DNA of 64,000 nucleotides from a virus. How positions within the stretch are numbered: position 1 is the first letter of the stretch; the number at the start of each line of letters is the position of its first letter. Below the pieces are notes generated by a model. It saw only the letters and a list, made by a program, of their open reading frames with translations. It ran no database searches and had not been told where the DNA came from. This document shows positions 61,232 through 64,000 of this stretch, piece after piece. The translations under genes and the position numbers were made by a program. The stretch lies in IMG/VR virus record IMGVR_UViG_3300043449_002450, positions 32,001 to 96,000 of that record; one strand, given 5' to 3'.

Positions 61232-64000
61232 ATGGCAGAAGTAACGTATCGGTCACCCGGATTTTTTGAGACCGAGATCGACCTAAGCGGTCAGGTGGCA
61301 GCCGCACCAAGTGGCACACCCGCAGGTCTTGTAGGAACTTCTCCGATGGGTCCTGCTTTCATTCCCACGACAGTCGCTTCCCTTGGAGAGTTTACCACGG
61401 TCTTTGGAGATGATCCAAACAATCGGTCGCCCGCATATTATGCAGCACAAGAGTATTTTAAGAGCGGTCAAGCGCTAACGTTCGTCAGAGTTCTTGGCGC
61501 AGGCGGAAATGCATCAGCAGCTGATGCTTCGATCACACAGACTCGCGGCACTGTAAAAGGCGCAGGTTTTGTCATATCAGGCTCGGTCCCAGCCGGCACA
61601 AATGATTCAAGAGGCGTTGGATTTGTTCAATACATTGTTGGCAAGCATGCCTTGCAGGCAAATGATACCACATCAAGCTACGCCATCTTCAATGAAGCAA
61701 CAAACACATACGCGGGCGGAAGTAGCAATATTAGCCTTGTCAGAGGCGTCCTCTTGTTCGCTACAGGGACACGAGCTCAAGTTTTAAATTATGCTGACAG
61801 CTACTCAGTTGCCAATGCATCAGACGACATCGCAACAGCTAACTCAAGCGGTCTATTCAAGCTTGTAATATCAAGCTCAGCTACGGGATACGGAACAGCT
61901 GATGGTAGCACGGGCATCAAGATCTACACGGCATCTCTTGATCCCGATAGCGATAGCTACATTGGAAAAGTGCTTAATACGTCACCGCAACTCTTCGAGA
62001 CACACCAGCACCTTCTCTACCAGCACTTCCCTGTCGACGGTGCTGTGGCAACTCTAGGCACGACTGATGCAGTTGCCATAGCAAGCGGTTCAGAGCTAAC
62101 ATCAGCCGCGTCAGGTGATTCTACCCTTCCGTTTGCAAGAGCATTTGGCCGATTTGATGCTAGATACTCCGCGTCAAGAACAACACCGTTTATAAGTCAG
62201 CCCTTTGGCGATAAGGAATATGATCTTTTCTACTTTGAGTCAATCGGTCATGGTGCTGACACGAGCACAAGATTTAAGATAGCCATCACAAATCTCCGCA
62301 AGTCTGATAATCCAACAGATCCATATGGCACATTTAATGTCATCGTTCGAGATTTCTATGACACAGATGCCAATCCATACATCTATGAGCAATTTATTGG
62401 CTGTAATCTCAATCCTTTGAGTGGTCAATACATTGGAAAAATGATTGGCAACCTAAAGTCTACTTACAACTTTGATGCGACATCGCAGTCTGAACGTCGT
62501 TTTGTGACGTCAGGCAACTATGTTTCTAGATCAAGATTCGTCAGAGTGATCATTGACGAGCAGGTTGAAAAGGGACTAGTCCCTAACGCAGCACTCCCGT
62601 TTGGTTTTAGAGGCTTGCCGCTCTTAAAGACAAATGATTCCTTGCAAGATGTCGGCGTAAAGCAGACACGTAGGCTTGCCCTATTGGGTGCAACAACCAC
62701 ACTGACATCCTCAGTTATGCCCCCAGTCCCATACAGATTTAAGATCACCACAGGTCCAACAACTAACACACCAACCTTTGACGGTGATGACGGAAATCAG
62801 GAAATTGTTGACGGTCGTCTACACTGGGGCTATAAGTTTGAGAGAGTTGAGATTGCTCTTGATCCTAATACTAGCGACAAGCGCAATGAATACATTGATA
62901 ATATTGTTAAGTTCGCAGGTATAGAGAAGCTGGACACTCTTATAACGGGTTCTGGCGCTGACAGCTTTGCTAACAATAAGTTTACTCTTGCCAAGGTTGC
63001 TCTCTACAACCAGCTTAATGGAAGAAGCGTTGATACAGCAGTTAGTGACCTGTCAGGAACTCTCAACCAAGTCATGGTGAACGCGTATTACGCACGTAGC
63101 GCAACTCCTGATCCTACCAACTACACAGTTGATACAGGCACCGGTGGCACTGCTCTAACAGATCGACTCACATTCGCGTCTCTTTGCGCAATGACGTCTT
63201 CTTACTACTTCAATAGGTTTACGGACTACATGAAGTATACGAACGTGATGTATGGCGGCTGGGATGGCACAAACATTCTAGATCCGGACATGGCGAAGCT
63301 TAATGATAAGGCGTCATCGTCTGAGACGGGCGGCCTTGCGATAAGCTCACCCAATATCGGCCTTGCAGTGAGCGCGACATCAAACGTATTTGGCACTAGC
63401 GCTACAAACTCTGTAGTCAACTCTTACAGAAGCTCGATCGACATCATAGCAGACCCAATCAAGTCACGTGTCAATGTGATAGCAATCCCAGGCATAAGAG
63501 AACCGGCTATCACAAACTACGCGATGTCGAGTGTAAAAACATATGCTAAGGGCCTCTATCTCTTGGATATTCCGTGCTACGATGATTCTAATACACGGAT
63601 ATTCAACACCACATCTCAACCAGATGTCACAAATACGATTAGAAACTTTGCGACCCGTAGAGTAGATAATCGCTACGCGGCGACCTATTTCCCAGATGTG
63701 TCGCTGATAGACAGCACAACTGATCGTCGCGTTCGTGTTCCAGCTTCTGTTGCAGCATTTGGTGCGCTATCACAAAATGACAAGCTGGCATTTCCGTGGT
63801 ATGCACCCGCAGGATTTAACAGAGCATCTTTGGCCGCCGTTGTTAACCTTGCGACCAAGGTTGCAAGCTCAGACAGAGACGCACTTTATGACGCAAGGAT
63901 CAATCCAATAACAACATTCCCAGGTGCGGGATTCGTGATCTGGGGTCAAAAGACACTGCAACTAGCAAATTCTGCACTAAATCGTGTTAATGTCGTCAGA
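61232..64000 (+). CDS. Tail sheath protein (gp18-like), 3'-truncated by the window
   Basis: Absent from the ORF track because no stop occurs before the window end. Starts MAEVTYRSPGFFETEIDLS...GPAFIPT behind GGAG; ends WYAPAGFNRA...LYDARINPITTFPG.GFVIWGQKTLQ...LNRVNVVR in the same frame (923 codons). Confidence 0.95.
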   Translation, partial: MAEVTYRSPGFFETEIDLSGQVAAAPSGTPAGLVGTSPMGPAFIPTTVASLGEFTTVFGDDPNNRSPAYYAAQEYFKSGQALTFVRVLGAGGNASAADASITQTRGTVKGAGFVISGSVPAGTNDSRGVGFVQYIVGKHALQANDTTSSYAIFNEATNTYAGGSSNISLVRGVLLFATGTRAQVLNYADSYSVANASDDIATANSSGLFKLVISSSATGYGTADGSTGIKIYTASLDPDSDSYIGKVLNTSPQLFETHQHLLYQHFPVDGAVATLGTTDAVAIASGSELTSAASGDSTLPFARAFGRFDARYSASRTTPFISQPFGDKEYDLFYFESIGHGADTSTRFKIAITNLRKSDNPTDPYGTFNVIVRDFYDTDANPYIYEQFIGCNLNPLSGQYIGKMIGNLKSTYNFDATSQSERRFVTSGNYVSRSRFVRVIIDEQVEKGLVPNAALPFGFRGLPLLKTNDSLQDVGVKQTRRLALLGATTTLTSSVMPPVPYRFKITTGPTTNTPTFDGDDGNQEIVDGRLHWGYKFERVEIALDPNTSDKRNEYIDNIVKFAGIEKLDTLITGSGADSFANNKFTLAKVALYNQLNGRSVDTAVSDLSGTLNQVMVNAYYARSATPDPTNYTVDTGTGGTALTDRLTFASLCAMTSSYYFNRFTDYMKYTNVMYGGWDGTNILDPDMAKLNDKASSSETGGLAISSPNIGLAVSATSNVFGTSATNSVVNSYRSSIDIIADPIKSRVNVIAIPGIREPAITNYAMSSVKTYAKGLYLLDIPCYDDSNTRIFNTTSQPDVTNTIRNFATRRVDNRYAATYFPDVSLIDSTTDRRVRVPASVAAFGALSQNDKLAFPWYAPAGFNRASLAAVVNLATKVASSDRDALYDARINPITTFPGAGFVIWGQKTLQLANSALNRVNVVR

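Noticed and set aside
2232-63420. Numerous short minus-strand and off-frame ORFs in the track
   Set aside because: They overlap well-supported plus-strand genes and lack recognisable domains; treated as shadow ORFs, except the 6595-8715 cassette.
1-64000. Genome-wide stop-codon reassignment
   Set aside because: TAA, TAG and TGA each end genes exactly at junctions with the next start, and conserved proteins are full length in the standard code. Only the single TAA at 24642 looks out of place.

Overview
This 64 kb window comes from a large T4-like (gp17/gp20/gp21/gp23/gp13-15/gp18 gene order) contractile-tailed phage. It is almost fully coding, nearly all on the + strand, and uses the standard genetic code. 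1-14 kb: a glycan-building island with six GT2/GT4 glycosyltransferases, an HtrL/YibB-like protein, four methyltransferases, gmd, fcl, an epimerase and a short UDP-glucose dehydrogenase, plus an inverted 3-gene cassette and a solo Cas4-like nuclease. 14-41 kb: a gp55-like late sigma factor, then baseplate and tail-associated genes (gp25, gp6, LamG and FN3 proteins). 41-46 kb: RuvC, primase and a fused Mre11-Rad50. 46-64 kb: terminase, portal, prohead protease, scaffold, major capsid protein, neck, tail terminator and a sheath gene cut by the window end. Best leads: (1) a strongly enriched [ST]-[GA]-S tripeptide in predicted outer virion proteins next to the glycosylation island, a candidate virion glycosylation system with its own sequon; (2) a candidate H-type RNA pseudoknot covering the ribosome-binding site of the gene after the capsid gene; (3) a recurrent late-promoter-like motif, [AC]TAn[TG]TA; (4) a premature TAA or read-through site in a 1111-aa baseplate protein. 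All calls are by-eye motif recognition; no database searches or folding programs were run.
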